Source: a virus. Taken from it: a DNA stretch of 18,737 bases. Under the pieces are notes generated by a model. It saw only the letters and a list, made by a program, of their open reading frames with translations. It did no database searches and was not told the origin of the DNA. Location of the stretch: IMG/VR virus record IMGVR_UViG_3300027987_000266; one strand, 5' to 3'. The translations under genes and the position numbers were made by a program. Below are positions 1 through 8,186 of the stretch, one piece after another. Each line of letters opens with the position of its first letter. Within the stretch, counting starts at the first letter, position 1.

Positions 1-149
1 ATAACCCAGAGCTTGAGCTTGTCGCTGTCTGAGCCTTTGTTGAGGTCGATTTCGACGAGTTCTTGGCAGCCGCGATACAGCTTGGCCCAAGAGGACGTGC
101 CATGTTTGGCGGTGAGTCCGACCTCTTGGGCGATTTCTTCGGCGATCAT
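1..149 (-). CDS. hypothetical protein. Only the N-terminal 49 aa are visible; the gene runs off the left edge (MIAEEIAQEVGLTAKHGTSSWAKLYRGCQELVEIDLNKGSDSDKLKLWV...)
   Basis: ATG at 149..147 lies 8 nt after the TAA of the upstream gene. The frame stays open to position 1. It shares strand and packing with the rest of the array. There is no strong SD. Confidence 0.35.
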   Translation of the reverse strand, partial: MIAEEIAQEVGLTAKHGTSSWAKLYRGCQELVEIDLNKGSDSDKLKLWV

Positions 150-157
150 GTGGGCTG

Positions 158-514
158 TTAGATCGGCCATTCGTTGTTCGGTGCCTTGATGACGATTTCT
201 TGGGCTTGTTCGATGCTGACTCCGGCTCCGCAGAGGAAGGCGAGCAGCATGCCGCTCCAATCGTAGGAGTTGTACGGGTCGATGCGTTGTGAATTGTTGT
301 AGATCTCGCCGATCCATCGTTGGCGGACTGGTTCGAGGTCTTGGTCGCCGAACTTGCGGAATTGGGTGATGGCGTGTTGCAGTCCCTCAAGTCCGATTTG
401 GCGGGTTTGGACGGTGCTGATGCGGACGGGGAGTGCTGCTTGGCCTGCCGGAATTGGGCGGTCGGTGAGCATGCAGTTGGCTTTGCCGGTGGCTGTTTTG
501 GTGGCTTCTATCAT
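158..514 (-). CDS. hypothetical protein, 118 aa
   Basis: ATG at 514 is preceded by AGGAGAaacaa. Start and stop are both inside ATGA overlaps. The ORF track confirms the frame. Confidence 0.7.
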   Translation of the reverse strand: MIEATKTATGKANCMLTDRPIPAGQAALPVRISTVQTRQIGLEGLQHAITQFRKFGDQDLEPVRQRWIGEIYNNSQRIDPYNSYDWSGMLLAFLCGAGVSIEQAQEIVIKAPNNEWPI

Positions 515-618
515 TTGTTTCTCCTGAATAGACGGCTGAGGAGTCGTAGAATCCAGTGCTGCTTTTTGGGCTTGATGCGGGCTTGCAGGAGTTTGATGGC
601 TGTTTCTTCGTCCGTCAT
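511..618 (-). CDS. small basic protein, 35 aa (MTDEETAIKLLQARIKPKKQHWILRLLSRLFRRNK). It is below the 60-aa ORF-track cutoff and so absent from the track.
   Basis: ATG 618..616 overlaps the TGA of the upstream gene (ATGA). Its TGA 513..511 overlaps the ATG of the downstream gene (ATGA). It fills a 100-nt gap that is otherwise unexplained. Codon use matches the neighbours. Confidence 0.4.
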   Translation of the reverse strand: MTDEETAIKLLQARIKPKKQHWILRLLSRLFRRNK

Positions 619-1070
619 TTCGCCTCCGCTGGAAGGAATCGGCGGCAGGTGTCGGGCTTAATGGGTGTCTTGATTTGGACGAATCGCCGGTCTGGGTCGG
701 CTAAAGTTGCGTGCACTCCGTCGATCTCCATGATCGTGTACTCTTCGTCGTTGTGAATCAGTGTGCCGTGATCACGACTGATAACGACGAGATCACCGGG
801 AGTGCCGGGATCGACGACGTCGGCCAGCAGAATCCAGTATTGGTTGTTGGCGTGTTCCAGCTTCTGCGTGGACTGCAGGAGGTAAAACTCGAAATCGACT
901 GTTCCGGCCATTTCAGCACTCCAACCAAGGGATTTCAGGGCGGTTGCGGCGAGTCCTTGCTTGATGCTCGCCGCCATAAGTGCTTGTTGCGGATCGTCTG
1001 TGGCGAGATAAATGGAGTCGTAGACGCTTCCGATTGAGTTCCTGATTCTCCAAACGTGCATGTTAGTCAT
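615..1070 (-). CDS. hypothetical protein, 151 aa from ATG 1070 (the ORF track extends it to 1106). Member of the C-terminal DLADP-module family (..YTIMEIDGVHATLADPDRRFVQIK..)
   Basis: ATG 1070..1068 sits in a gATGAc-taa context that overlaps the upstream stop by 8 nt. Long ORF. Confidence 0.6.
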   Translation of the reverse strand: MTNMHVWRIRNSIGSVYDSIYLATDDPQQALMAASIKQGLAATALKSLGWSAEMAGTVDFEFYLLQSTQKLEHANNQYWILLADVVDPGTPGDLVVISRDHGTLIHNDEEYTIMEIDGVHATLADPDRRFVQIKTPIKPDTCRRFLPAEAK

Positions 1071-1488
1071 CGTAAAGCTCCGACACAGGACGTCCGAGAA
1101 CGACAAGGTGGACGTTCATCCGACGAAGTATTGTCTCGATACTGTTGGGATCGGAGAGATCGTGACGACTAGTTCCAGCCCAAGATTGATTCGCTGGATC
1201 GAAGAATTGTAGCCGCAACTGATTCTCATCCAGTCGCAGGTCTGCGAACGGCCGCTCGTATCCGGCAGTGAGTCGCCAGTGGGACGCGGGGTGGCGGACC
1301 GGGCGGCTGTTGTCGTCGATGAAGTAAGTGTCGGGATTGAGGGAGACGCTGCGTGGTCCCTTGATTACGACAACTTCACCGCTGGGGCGGTAGAATCTGA
1401 CGTACTCGCCCACTGAAAGCTCTAGGTGCGGTTCTGCGACGTAGCCCTCGAAGGACTCGACGAGTGCTTTGGCTAAGGCTTCGAGCAT
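1063..1488 (-). CDS. hypothetical protein, 141 aa. DLADP-module family (..LRLQFFDPANQSWAGTSRHDLSDPNSIETILRRM..)
   Basis: ATG at 1488. There is a 16-nt overlap with the upstream gene. ORF track. Confidence 0.65.
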   Translation of the reverse strand: MLEALAKALVESFEGYVAEPHLELSVGEYVRFYRPSGEVVVIKGPRSVSLNPDTYFIDDNSRPVRHPASHWRLTAGYERPFADLRLDENQLRLQFFDPANQSWAGTSRHDLSDPNSIETILRRMNVHLVVLGRPVSELYDD

Positions 1489-1877
1489 GGTGCGACAGGA
1501 ACGACCGTCAGGTTGTCTACGAGCAGGTCGTCGATCCTTTCTTGGGCTGCTTCTTCTGATGGGTAGAGCGTCGCTTCGAAGAAGTTGCGGTGGAATTCGT
1601 CGGCTTCGTCGTCGCCGTTGATGTAATGGTCGTACCAGAGATTGCGGGCTTCGTCGTAGATGACGTAGGCTGCAGCTTCGATCTTCAACGCTCTGACGGA
1701 ATATGCTGTGTCAGTGCCGACCACGTGCCAAGCGACGACAGCACCTTGTGTCCAGTCTTCCGGCAATTCCGTCAGTTCGGCATTCGCATGCTTTTCTGCA
1801 ATTGCTCGTAGTCCGTCGATCGTGTTCGGACCGTAGACTTCGGTGCCGTTTGGTCCTTCGATTGTTAGAACGTACAC
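1473..1877 (-). CDS. hypothetical protein, about 134 aa from GTG 1877 (VYVLTIEGPNGTEVYGPNTIDGL...). The ORF-track extension to 2120 is a Ser/Thr/Asn-rich alternate frame of the next gene.
   Basis: AGGAGActgacc GTG gives a strong SD at correct spacing. The stop of the upstream gene (1888) lies just upstream. Confidence 0.55.
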   Translation of the reverse strand: MYVLTIEGPNGTEVYGPNTIDGLRAIAEKHANAELTELPEDWTQGAVVAWHVVGTDTAYSVRALKIEAAAYVIYDEARNLWYDHYINGDDEADEFHRNFFEATLYPSEEAAQERIDDLLVDNLTVVPVAPCSKP

Positions 1878-1887
1878 GGTCAGTCTC

Positions 1888-2886
1888 CTAGGAATTGGGG
1901 AGTAGTGAAGAAAGTCGTTGGTCGATCTGAGCGAGTTGTTGTAAGTGTTCTTCTTTGCGGCGGACCATGTCGTTGTAGAGTTGGTGGTCCTGTTCGACGA
2001 GTTGCTTGGCGACTGCGACGATGTTCTCGGGAGTGCACCAAGGGTTTGTTGGTTCGATGTTGGCTTCGAAGCGGACGCCGATTTGGCTGGTCCAGGCGAT
2101 GTGGCTCGGACTGATTGCAACGGTGAGTGTGAATTGGGAGTAGACGCAGCCGTCGCCGTTTGTTGGTCGTTGGCCGTCGAGCCAGGCGTCTTTGACGGCT
2201 TTTGTCTGGTCGGCGTAGAGTTGGCTGCTCTCCCACGTGAGGTAGGCGTGGCCGTCTCCGCCTTTGCAGCGTTTGATGGCTGGTCTGTCGTCGTTCCACC
2301 AGACTTTCTTGACTTCTTCGGCGATCAGGTTTTGGATGGCTCCTTTGTCCATGGGCGGGGTGCCCTTGAACGTGTCGACTCGTTTGAGGAAGTCGGCGAT
2401 GGACTGTGAAGCTTCGTATTGGCACTTGGAATCATGTTCGCCGCGTCCGTAGGAGTGGTTTTGGTCGCGGACTGAGACGTAGATTCTGTTGCGGCTTCGA
2501 CTGCTGGCTGCTCTTGTGTGGACTTTGACGCCGAGTTGGGTGTGGGTGAAGCGGAATGCTCCGGTGATTTCGCTGTACTCGTTCTGCTTGAATCCTCGTT
2601 CGAGCAGGCCGTCGCGGAGTTCGCGGATTTTGTCGAGTTGTGGTGGGTAGAGTTTGTAGCTCTTGCCGTCGCGGGTGGCTGAGTAGTCGATTTCGTCTGG
2701 TTTGGTGGGTGTGACCGGTTCGCCTTTTTCTGCGATGGCGATCAGGTCACTTTCGTCGACTTCGAGGGATTTGGCGACGCGGTATGATTCGATTGGTTCG
2801 AGTTTGCCACCAAAGGTTTTTAGCCAGTGGTGTGGGTTGACTCGGTTTTCAGTTGCTAGATTTGTGGCACTTGTCATTAGTGTCAT
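1888..2886 (-). CDS. hypothetical protein, 332 aa (or 329 aa from ATG 2877, which has GAGGA 9 nt upstream). It is the largest ORFan in the window. I did not recognise a domain.
   Basis: Long ORF with no alternative. Start is 1 to 10 nt after the upstream TGA. Confidence 0.7.
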   Translation of the reverse strand: MTLMTSATNLATENRVNPHHWLKTFGGKLEPIESYRVAKSLEVDESDLIAIAEKGEPVTPTKPDEIDYSATRDGKSYKLYPPQLDKIRELRDGLLERGFKQNEYSEITGAFRFTHTQLGVKVHTRAASSRSRNRIYVSVRDQNHSYGRGEHDSKCQYEASQSIADFLKRVDTFKGTPPMDKGAIQNLIAEEVKKVWWNDDRPAIKRCKGGDGHAYLTWESSQLYADQTKAVKDAWLDGQRPTNGDGCVYSQFTLTVAISPSHIAWTSQIGVRFEANIEPTNPWCTPENIVAVAKQLVEQDHQLYNDMVRRKEEHLQQLAQIDQRLSSLLPNS

Positions 2887-2889
2887 TCC

Positions 2890-3234
2890 TCAGACCCTCA
2901 GGACTTTTTTCAGGTGTTCTAATACGGTGTCGGGGAATTGTGGGTCGGCGAGATCGAACTCGACGCGGTTGGCGACGTTGTTACTGAGTGCCAGTACGCC
3001 GTCCCAACAGAAAACCGTTGTGCGATGTAGGCAGATTCCAGGACTCCCTCCTCGTTTGCCAGTGGTGAGAAATCTGAGAGTCGGTGCCGAAGTTCGCTCT
3101 TTGTCGTGGAGAGTGCGGACGACGTCGAGCAGAATGTCGTTGGCGAGACAGAGTTCGTCGATCAGCTTAATCACAGCGTCTCGAATCTCGTTCTCGATGC
3201 CTTTCGCTTTCTTGATGGCCTTGCCCCTTGGCAT
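2890..3234 (-). CDS. hypothetical protein, 114 aa from ATG 3234 (MPRGKAIKKAKGIENEIRD...). DLADP-module family (..NRVEFDLADPQFPDTVLEHLKKVLRV)
   Basis: GGAGGcgactgATG gives a strong SD. The TGATG start/stop shares 1 nt with the upstream gene. The ORF-track start at 3270 would overlap 36 nt. Confidence 0.6.
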   Translation of the reverse strand: MPRGKAIKKAKGIENEIRDAVIKLIDELCLANDILLDVVRTLHDKERTSAPTLRFLTTGKRGGSPGICLHRTTVFCWDGVLALSNNVANRVEFDLADPQFPDTVLEHLKKVLRV

Positions 3235-3713
3235 CAGTCGCCTCCGCAGGGTCCGCCCCCTTGACGACAAGCGTACTCGTCCTCGAACTCGTTCGGCCCG
3301 TTGGGATTGCAGTATGGGCAGCCAACGAGGACTTCCGACAAGCCGATGATCTTGACGTCGTCGGTGCCGAGTCCGATGCGGACTTCACCGTTGCTGACGT
3401 CGATGATGATCGGTTCGCGGCCTTCCGGGGTGACGACGAGGCCGTGTTGGTCGGTCGTGATCTCGAACTTGACGGTGGTTCCGCTGGACGCGTCGGTGGC
3501 GGTGTGGTTGATCGGATGGTTTGCCGAGCCACCGAGCGGCACGGCGAGGCCGATTCGGTACTCCGTCTGATCCTCGTTGACTTCGACGAGGCCGAGGTCT
3601 GCGAGAATGAGGACGTCGGGGCGAGCGTCTTCGCCAAGGTGAGTCCAGTTGCCGCCTGAGGCGTAGTCTTGGGCGAATCGCAGCAGTCGTTGTTGGTTGC
3701 TTGTGAGCGTCAT
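3234..3713 (-). CDS. hypothetical protein, 159 aa (MTLTSNQQRLLRF...) with a Cys/Gly-rich C-terminus (CPYCNPNGPNEFEDEYACRQGGGPCGGD). The ORF-track extension to 4109 is alternate-frame low complexity.
   Basis: TAAcATG junction with the upstream gene. The region downstream of 3713 has non-low-complexity composition. Confidence 0.6.
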   Translation of the reverse strand: MTLTSNQQRLLRFAQDYASGGNWTHLGEDARPDVLILADLGLVEVNEDQTEYRIGLAVPLGGSANHPINHTATDASSGTTVKFEITTDQHGLVVTPEGREPIIIDVSNGEVRIGLGTDDVKIIGLSEVLVGCPYCNPNGPNEFEDEYACRQGGGPCGGD

Positions 3714-3714
3714 G

Positions 3715-4161
3715 TTACCCCGCAAAGAATCGAAGGAGGTTGCTGAGAATGGCCAGGATGGCTCCGGCGAGGGCGACCTTCGCCCAGAAGATAGCTCGCT
3801 TTGAGTGCTTGATGGCGAGTTCGCTGTGGTGCATCGCTTCGCCTTCATGCCACTGTGCCTGTTGGCGGTGCCATTGTGGGGAGTTGCTGCAGATTCGCTT
3901 GATCTGGTTGTCGGCAGCGTTGTTGAACTCACCAAGATGGTAGTACCAGATACGCTCCGTCTCTGGTCGTGTAGTGTCCACTTTGTCGGTGAGCCAGAGC
4001 AGGTCGACGCACTCTGGCTCGTTATTCGCCTTGCAGAGCGAGATGCGGAAGAGGGCTTGGCCGTCGAGTTCGTAGTAGACGCTGGTGGCGTCTCCTTTGG
4101 TGGCCTCAAGGCCGTGGGTTCCGCGAATGTGTCGGATTGTCTGTTCGAGACTGTGGTTCAC
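3715..4161 (-). CDS. hypothetical protein, about 148 aa from GTG 4161. The C-terminus has a hydrophobic segment (AIFWAKVALAGAILAILSNLL), so it is probably membrane-anchored.
   Basis: GTGA overlap with the upstream stop. GAAAGG SD-like sequence lies 6 nt upstream. The track extension to 4374 is an Arg-rich alternate frame. Confidence 0.5.
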   Translation of the reverse strand: MNHSLEQTIRHIRGTHGLEATKGDATSVYYELDGQALFRISLCKANNEPECVDLLWLTDKVDTTRPETERIWYYHLGEFNNAADNQIKRICSNSPQWHRQQAQWHEGEAMHHSELAIKHSKRAIFWAKVALAGAILAILSNLLRFFAG

Positions 4162-4496
4162 GTTGAGCCTTTCGTGTTCTTGAGATCGAAGAGACCCTTG
4201 GCAACGCTCACGACGCCAGCGACAGAGGCGTCGAGGTTGGCGTCGGGAGAGGCGGGATCGCCGTGTTCGAAAGTGACCCACTCGTAGTTCTTGCTGCCGT
4301 GAAAGCCAGAAGTGCCACAGATCAGCCCGATGCGAACGTTCGTGTCGTACGCTTCGACTCGTGGACTTCCCCACACGTTGTCGAGCATCAAGCCGTGATT
4401 GCGGCGAGTGAACCAGATTCTGGCCTTCTCAAGCTCGCCTTCGATTGTCTTGATGAGAATCTGCTGGACTGTGACTGGTTTCTTCTGTTTGGCCAT
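4158..4496 (-). CDS. hypothetical protein, 112 aa
   Basis: ATG at 4496 with GGGAGA SD. Clean ORF. Confidence 0.7.
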   Translation of the reverse strand: MAKQKKPVTVQQILIKTIEGELEKARIWFTRRNHGLMLDNVWGSPRVEAYDTNVRIGLICGTSGFHGSKNYEWVTFEHGDPASPDANLDASVAGVVSVAKGLFDLKNTKGST

Positions 4497-4559
4497 TTTG
4501 CTGGTCTCCCGAACCGTGCGTTGTGTGTCTGCACGATTGTTGCAGAGACAGGCTCTCGG

Positions 4560-4895
4560 TTAACCCCCGTTGCCGAGATTCGCCACCGAGTCTTTGATCC
4601 ACTCCTTCACTTGGCGGGCGTTCGTGATGTCGTCTACTTCCTTCTTGCCGTTTGGGGTCTTGGTGAAGGCGTCGCTGTCCGGCTGGTAGTAGGCAGAACG
4701 GTGAATCTTACGACCCCGCTTGAGGCCGTCGCCGGGAGTGATCTTGATTGTCTCCATCTCAACCCGAAGCTTCGGGATCGTTTCAGGCTCCGCAATGTCT
4801 GCACCGGACTTGCCATGAAGGTGGAGTGTTGCTTTGATGGCGAACTGTAGCTGGAATGTGGTCTCTGCGATTTGGATTGACTGCGGTTTGCTCAT
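4560..4895 (-). CDS. hypothetical protein, 111 aa
   Basis: ATGA overlap with the upstream gene. Followed by a 63-nt non-coding gap. Confidence 0.7.
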   Translation of the reverse strand: MSKPQSIQIAETTFQLQFAIKATLHLHGKSGADIAEPETIPKLRVEMETIKITPGDGLKRGRKIHRSAYYQPDSDAFTKTPNGKKEVDDITNARQVKEWIKDSVANLGNGG

Positions 4896-5176
4896 AGAAA
4901 TTCGGTGACTCCTTCGACAATCGCGATGCTGTCCTGATTGTACTGTTGGCGGATTGTGGTGAGGCGTTTCTTGATGTTAGCCAGTTGCTCTTCGCTGTGG
5001 ATCACGCAGACCCAGGCTGCGTTCTGCCACTTGGCCTCCGGTGCTGAGAATCCAGAGAACTGAATCTCAGTGTGATTCACCCACAGAGCCTCGTTGATAT
5101 GACGAATGTAGTCCGCCCACTTGGATTGGCCGAGCTTGTCGTCGCTGTTCCCAATACAAATCGTGATCGTTTTCAT
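4892..5176 (-). CDS. hypothetical protein, 94 aa
   Basis: ATGA overlaps at both ends. Confidence 0.7.
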   Translation of the reverse strand: MKTITICIGNSDDKLGQSKWADYIRHINEALWVNHTEIQFSGFSAPEAKWQNAAWVCVIHSEEQLANIKKRLTTIRQQYNQDSIAIVEGVTEFL

Positions 5177-5553
5177 AGCTTGTCCCTTGTGTCGACACGC
5201 AGAATCAAGTCCTGCTCCGGGTATTCGAGCTGATAGCCGTACCGCCGAGTGTGGCGGTAGCCGCTGTGGTAATTCCTGTATCGCAACGCTTTCTGAAATC
5301 CGTCCTTCTCGCGGTCAGACAGCACTCTGACGACGGCTCGGACCCTGTAGGTGACGTCCTGCCAAGTGATGCGGACCGGCCGTTCAACGAGAGAACCAAC
5401 GACCCAGGAGTGCTTGTCTGGGACGTCTTCGATTTCAACGAGAACGAGGTCGGACGCCGGATCGTCGAGATGCTGCTCGCTCATCGTCCATTCTTCGAAC
5501 GAGCCGCTTTGCAGCTGTTTGACGAGAGCATAGACGTCGATCCGCTTTGTCAT
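5173..5553 (-). CDS. hypothetical protein, 126 aa
   Basis: ATGA overlaps at both ends. Confidence 0.7.
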   Translation of the reverse strand: MTKRIDVYALVKQLQSGSFEEWTMSEQHLDDPASDLVLVEIEDVPDKHSWVVGSLVERPVRITWQDVTYRVRAVVRVLSDREKDGFQKALRYRNYHSGYRHTRRYGYQLEYPEQDLILRVDTRDKL

Positions 5554-6095
5554 ACCACCAACTCCACGTCGAAAGTCGGTGTGCCCTCCTTCTTCTGTTT
5601 ACGCTTCCCGTCCAACTGCTCCCACTCGACGGGCAGTTCTGGGTACTTGCTTCTGCCGAGGCGGTCCTTCTCCGGTCGGTACATTCCGAACATCATCCAC
5701 TGTTCGTTCTCCGGATGCTCCGGAATCGGGATCGTCTCCCACGTGAAGCCAATACAAGGGCGTGGCGAACTCCCTGGCCCGCTCGTCGTGATGCCCTGAC
5801 TGATCCACCAATGACGCTCCCAATCACTCGCAAGGTGCCAAATCCTGTCCCGCCAAATGACCGGCGTCAAGACGCACGAATCACCGGGAATGCGGAACGG
5901 ATTCACCAAAAGGCAGGACTCTTGGTCCGGATCGACTGGCACGCCGCGTTGGACAACCAAGCAACAATCGATGCAGCCGTACGCGTCGTCCGGGCTTTTG
6001 ACGTCTGAGGGGATCAGGCCGTTCAGCTGCCGCCAGTCCGTGATCTCGTAGACTTTCTTGACGAGCCAGATTTGGGCTGTGAGCTTTCTACTCAT
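5550..6095 (-). CDS. hypothetical Trp/Cys-containing protein, about 181 aa from ATG 6095 (the track gives 6122)
   Basis: GGAGG lies 13 nt upstream of ATG 6095. An 8-nt overlap with the upstream stop is more typical here than 35 nt. Confidence 0.6.
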   Translation of the reverse strand: MSRKLTAQIWLVKKVYEITDWRQLNGLIPSDVKSPDDAYGCIDCCLVVQRGVPVDPDQESCLLVNPFRIPGDSCVLTPVIWRDRIWHLASDWERHWWISQGITTSGPGSSPRPCIGFTWETIPIPEHPENEQWMMFGMYRPEKDRLGRSKYPELPVEWEQLDGKRKQKKEGTPTFDVELVV

Positions 6096-6789
6096 CTTGT
6101 GGCTTCTGCCTCCACGCTTCAAGTGCTCCCTCGAGTAGGACTTTGTCGAGGGTGTTAAGTATTGGCTGTTTTCTTGTCATGAACCAGAACGGGTCCCTAC
6201 GGTTCCTGGCTCTCATGAGTCGTTTGTCTTCCGTCCATTTGATCGCTTGAAACTGGAAGTTTTCGTTGACAATTAGACGAATGTTGGGGCCACCACTGTC
6301 TGCACGCTTTTCACCGCAACGAAACAGCGGGTAAGCGTAAGGAGTGTCGGGGACCGCCTTCATGAAGAGGCCGTCCGTCTCCTGCACGACGAATCCGATG
6401 ACCTTTGCCGATTTGATGACGTGGTTGTAGAGTACCGTCCCGTCATAGGTCGTCTTGACGTCTGTTCCGTCGAACAACTGCCACTGCGGCCTGACGAGCA
6501 GATCGTCGTTGAATCGACCAATCTGATAGATTGTTGTCTCTGTGCAATTCGCACAAAGGCGTCCGGCGTCGTAACTGTCAAAGTCGAAGCTCTGCGATTG
6601 CTTGAAGGATCGCTTCTTGCCGCAAAGAGTCCTGACTACTTCTCCGATCTGAGCGTGAACTTGGTGATCCTCGTCCCTGAACGAGACAAGGTGGTTCATC
6701 GTTTTACCGGTTGCAAGTTGCGTGGTGACTTGGTAGAAGTCACGGCTGATGTGCCGAGCGTGAAAAGCTGTTGGGTCGTTCTTACTCAT
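6088..6789 (-). CDS. hypothetical protein, 233 aa. Contains C-x-K..C-x-x-C (LCGKKR...CANCTE), a possible zinc-ribbon.
   Basis: ATG at 6789 with an 8-nt overlap to the upstream stop. Confidence 0.7.
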   Translation of the reverse strand: MSKNDPTAFHARHISRDFYQVTTQLATGKTMNHLVSFRDEDHQVHAQIGEVVRTLCGKKRSFKQSQSFDFDSYDAGRLCANCTETTIYQIGRFNDDLLVRPQWQLFDGTDVKTTYDGTVLYNHVIKSAKVIGFVVQETDGLFMKAVPDTPYAYPLFRCGEKRADSGGPNIRLIVNENFQFQAIKWTEDKRLMRARNRRDPFWFMTRKQPILNTLDKVLLEGALEAWRQKPQDE

Positions 6790-7129
6790 CGGGCACGAGG
6801 TCTTTCGTTTTCATGACGCTGGCGATTTCACGGCCGATCTCACCGAGCTTTCGCCGGAGAGCGAGGGCTGCTTTTCGCGGTGTGTCGTACCCCTCTTCTC
6901 TGATCTTCTTGCCGTTGATCTGTGCCCACCAGCCGCGTCCGTCGTGATTCTCCCCATCAGGTGAGAAGCCGAACACGACGAGTCGCCAAGGGTTCATGTA
7001 GACGAACTCGGTGTGCAGGCGAAGACGCCAGCTGACTTCCATCACTGGCGGTCCCTCCTTGCGGTGTATCGGCTTGCCGATCCTGTGTTCGAAGTCTCTG
7101 ATTGAGAACATGGCTTGCTTTGTCTCCAT
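6782..7129 (-). CDS. hypothetical protein, 115 aa (alternative start ATG 7111 with GGAGA upstream)
   Basis: ORF track. Position in the array. Confidence 0.6.
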   Translation of the reverse strand: METKQAMFSIRDFEHRIGKPIHRKEGPPVMEVSWRLRLHTEFVYMNPWRLVVFGFSPDGENHDGRGWWAQINGKKIREEGYDTPRKAALALRRKLGEIGREIASVMKTKDLVPDE

Positions 7130-7138
7130 GCCGAACTG

Positions 7139-7420
7139 TTACACAGAGGGCGTCGAGGTAAACGACGCGACCAGAGAGAGTTCTACGGCGACATAGCGAG
7201 GATCAACGCCGGATTGAGTGGTGAAAGACTGTATGAACTCGTCTTTGACGAAGCAGTTCTCGTCGAAGTGATCTACGAGATTCCAGGACGGTGCTCGATC
7301 CCCGTGCCATTTTGGCTGCCCAACGGTCCTGTCGAGTCCCCAATGGTCGTCGTCGAGTCGAATGAAAGCGACGACCTGATTCGATTCGCCGCCACGATGG
7401 ATGATCACCTTTCGAGGCAT
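7139..7420 (-). CDS. hypothetical protein, about 93 aa from ATG 7420 (the track gives 7477)
   Basis: GGGAGGG lies upstream of ATG 7420. The 7477 start would overlap the upstream gene by 73 nt. Confidence 0.5.
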   Translation of the reverse strand: MPRKVIIHRGGESNQVVAFIRLDDDHWGLDRTVGQPKWHGDRAPSWNLVDHFDENCFVKDEFIQSFTTQSGVDPRYVAVELSLVASFTSTPSV

Positions 7421-7845
7421 CGTGCTGGTACCCTCCCAAACTTTTTCTGCATGACGATCGCCAAGCATTCCCACCACGTGTCCTCGTCGCCCTCAGGAGG
7501 CTCCGTCACGAGTCCCCTCGCTTTGCATGCAACGAGTCGCGGAGTTTCAATCTCGATCCATCGCCAAATCCGGTCGAACAGGTGAGGGTCGGCGAACATG
7601 AAGTCCCGCCACAGGTCGTAGCCTGTAGTCACTGAGATGCCCTCTGATGCGATGCGAATGCTCCAGTTGACTTCGACGTCCATTTCTCGATACTCGCCGC
7701 TTACGTTCCACGACGTCTCATCGAAATTCGGCAAGTTCGTCATATGCGGTGGATTATGGCTCTCGTAGTTCTTGCCGACTGTGTGGCCAGTCCGTCGCCG
7801 TGCTTGCTCTTTGAGTTCGTCGGCGATGATTTTGTGGATGTTCAT
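7405..7845 (-). CDS. hypothetical protein, 146 aa. DLADP-like module (..WRDFMFADPHLFDRIWRWIEIE..)
   Basis: ATGA overlap at the start. Confidence 0.7.
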   Translation of the reverse strand: MNIHKIIADELKEQARRRTGHTVGKNYESHNPPHMTNLPNFDETSWNVSGEYREMDVEVNWSIRIASEGISVTTGYDLWRDFMFADPHLFDRIWRWIEIETPRLVACKARGLVTEPPEGDEDTWWECLAIVMQKKFGRVPARCLER

Positions 7846-8186
7846 TGTCTCGGTATCGGCGTGTAGAATTCGACTAGCCTGTCGATGCTCGTTGGGTCGT
7901 TCAGGTCAACTGTCAAGCACTCGCCAATTGAGAGCCACGTGTCGTTGAGGTTTACGTTGTGGTGTGTGTGCCCGCATTTGAACTTGAGTGGTTCGCCGCT
8001 CCAAATCAGCTGTTGGTCAATCCCTTTGATCTTGATCGGCTCGATCTTGACGACGCCGAAGATGTGTTCCTGTTCCGGATTTCGTTCGTCGTCGTCTGGT
8101 GCCCAATAGTGGACTTCGACGCCTGTCCTTTCGGTGATCTCAATGACGATCGCTGTGAGCGTGTCGTTCTTTAGAATTCTGTCCAT
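7842..8186 (-). CDS. hypothetical protein, 114 aa. DLADP-like module (..CLTVDLNDPTSIDRLVEFY..)
   Basis: ATGA overlap at the stop. 16-nt overlap at the start. Confidence 0.7.
   Translation of the reverse strand: MDRILKNDTLTAIVIEITERTGVEVHYWAPDDDERNPEQEHIFGVVKIEPIKIKGIDQQLIWSGEPLKFKCGHTHHNVNLNDTWLSIGECLTVDLNDPTSIDRLVEFYTPIPRQ

Noticed and set aside
1880-2425. A 181-aa minus-strand ORF (MPIRSFTVHRR...)
   Set aside because: It is an alternate frame of the 332-aa gene 1888..2886, and it is extremely Arg/Pro-rich low complexity.
3234-4374. Long N-terminal extensions given by the ORF track for 3234..4109, 3715..4374, 10736..11818 and 1473..2120
   Set aside because: Each extended part overlaps the upstream gene in another frame and is Arg- or Ser/Thr-rich low complexity. 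Shorter starts with ATGA/GTGA coupling or an SD are available. Note that the ORF track accepts GTG/TTG and always takes the longest ORF.
4528-4550. Hairpin GTCTcTGCA-(7 nt)-TGCAgACAC after gene 4560..4895 as an intrinsic terminator
   Set aside because: There is no U-tract 3' of the stem on the transcribed (minus) strand. I kept it only as part of the intergenic-motif observation.
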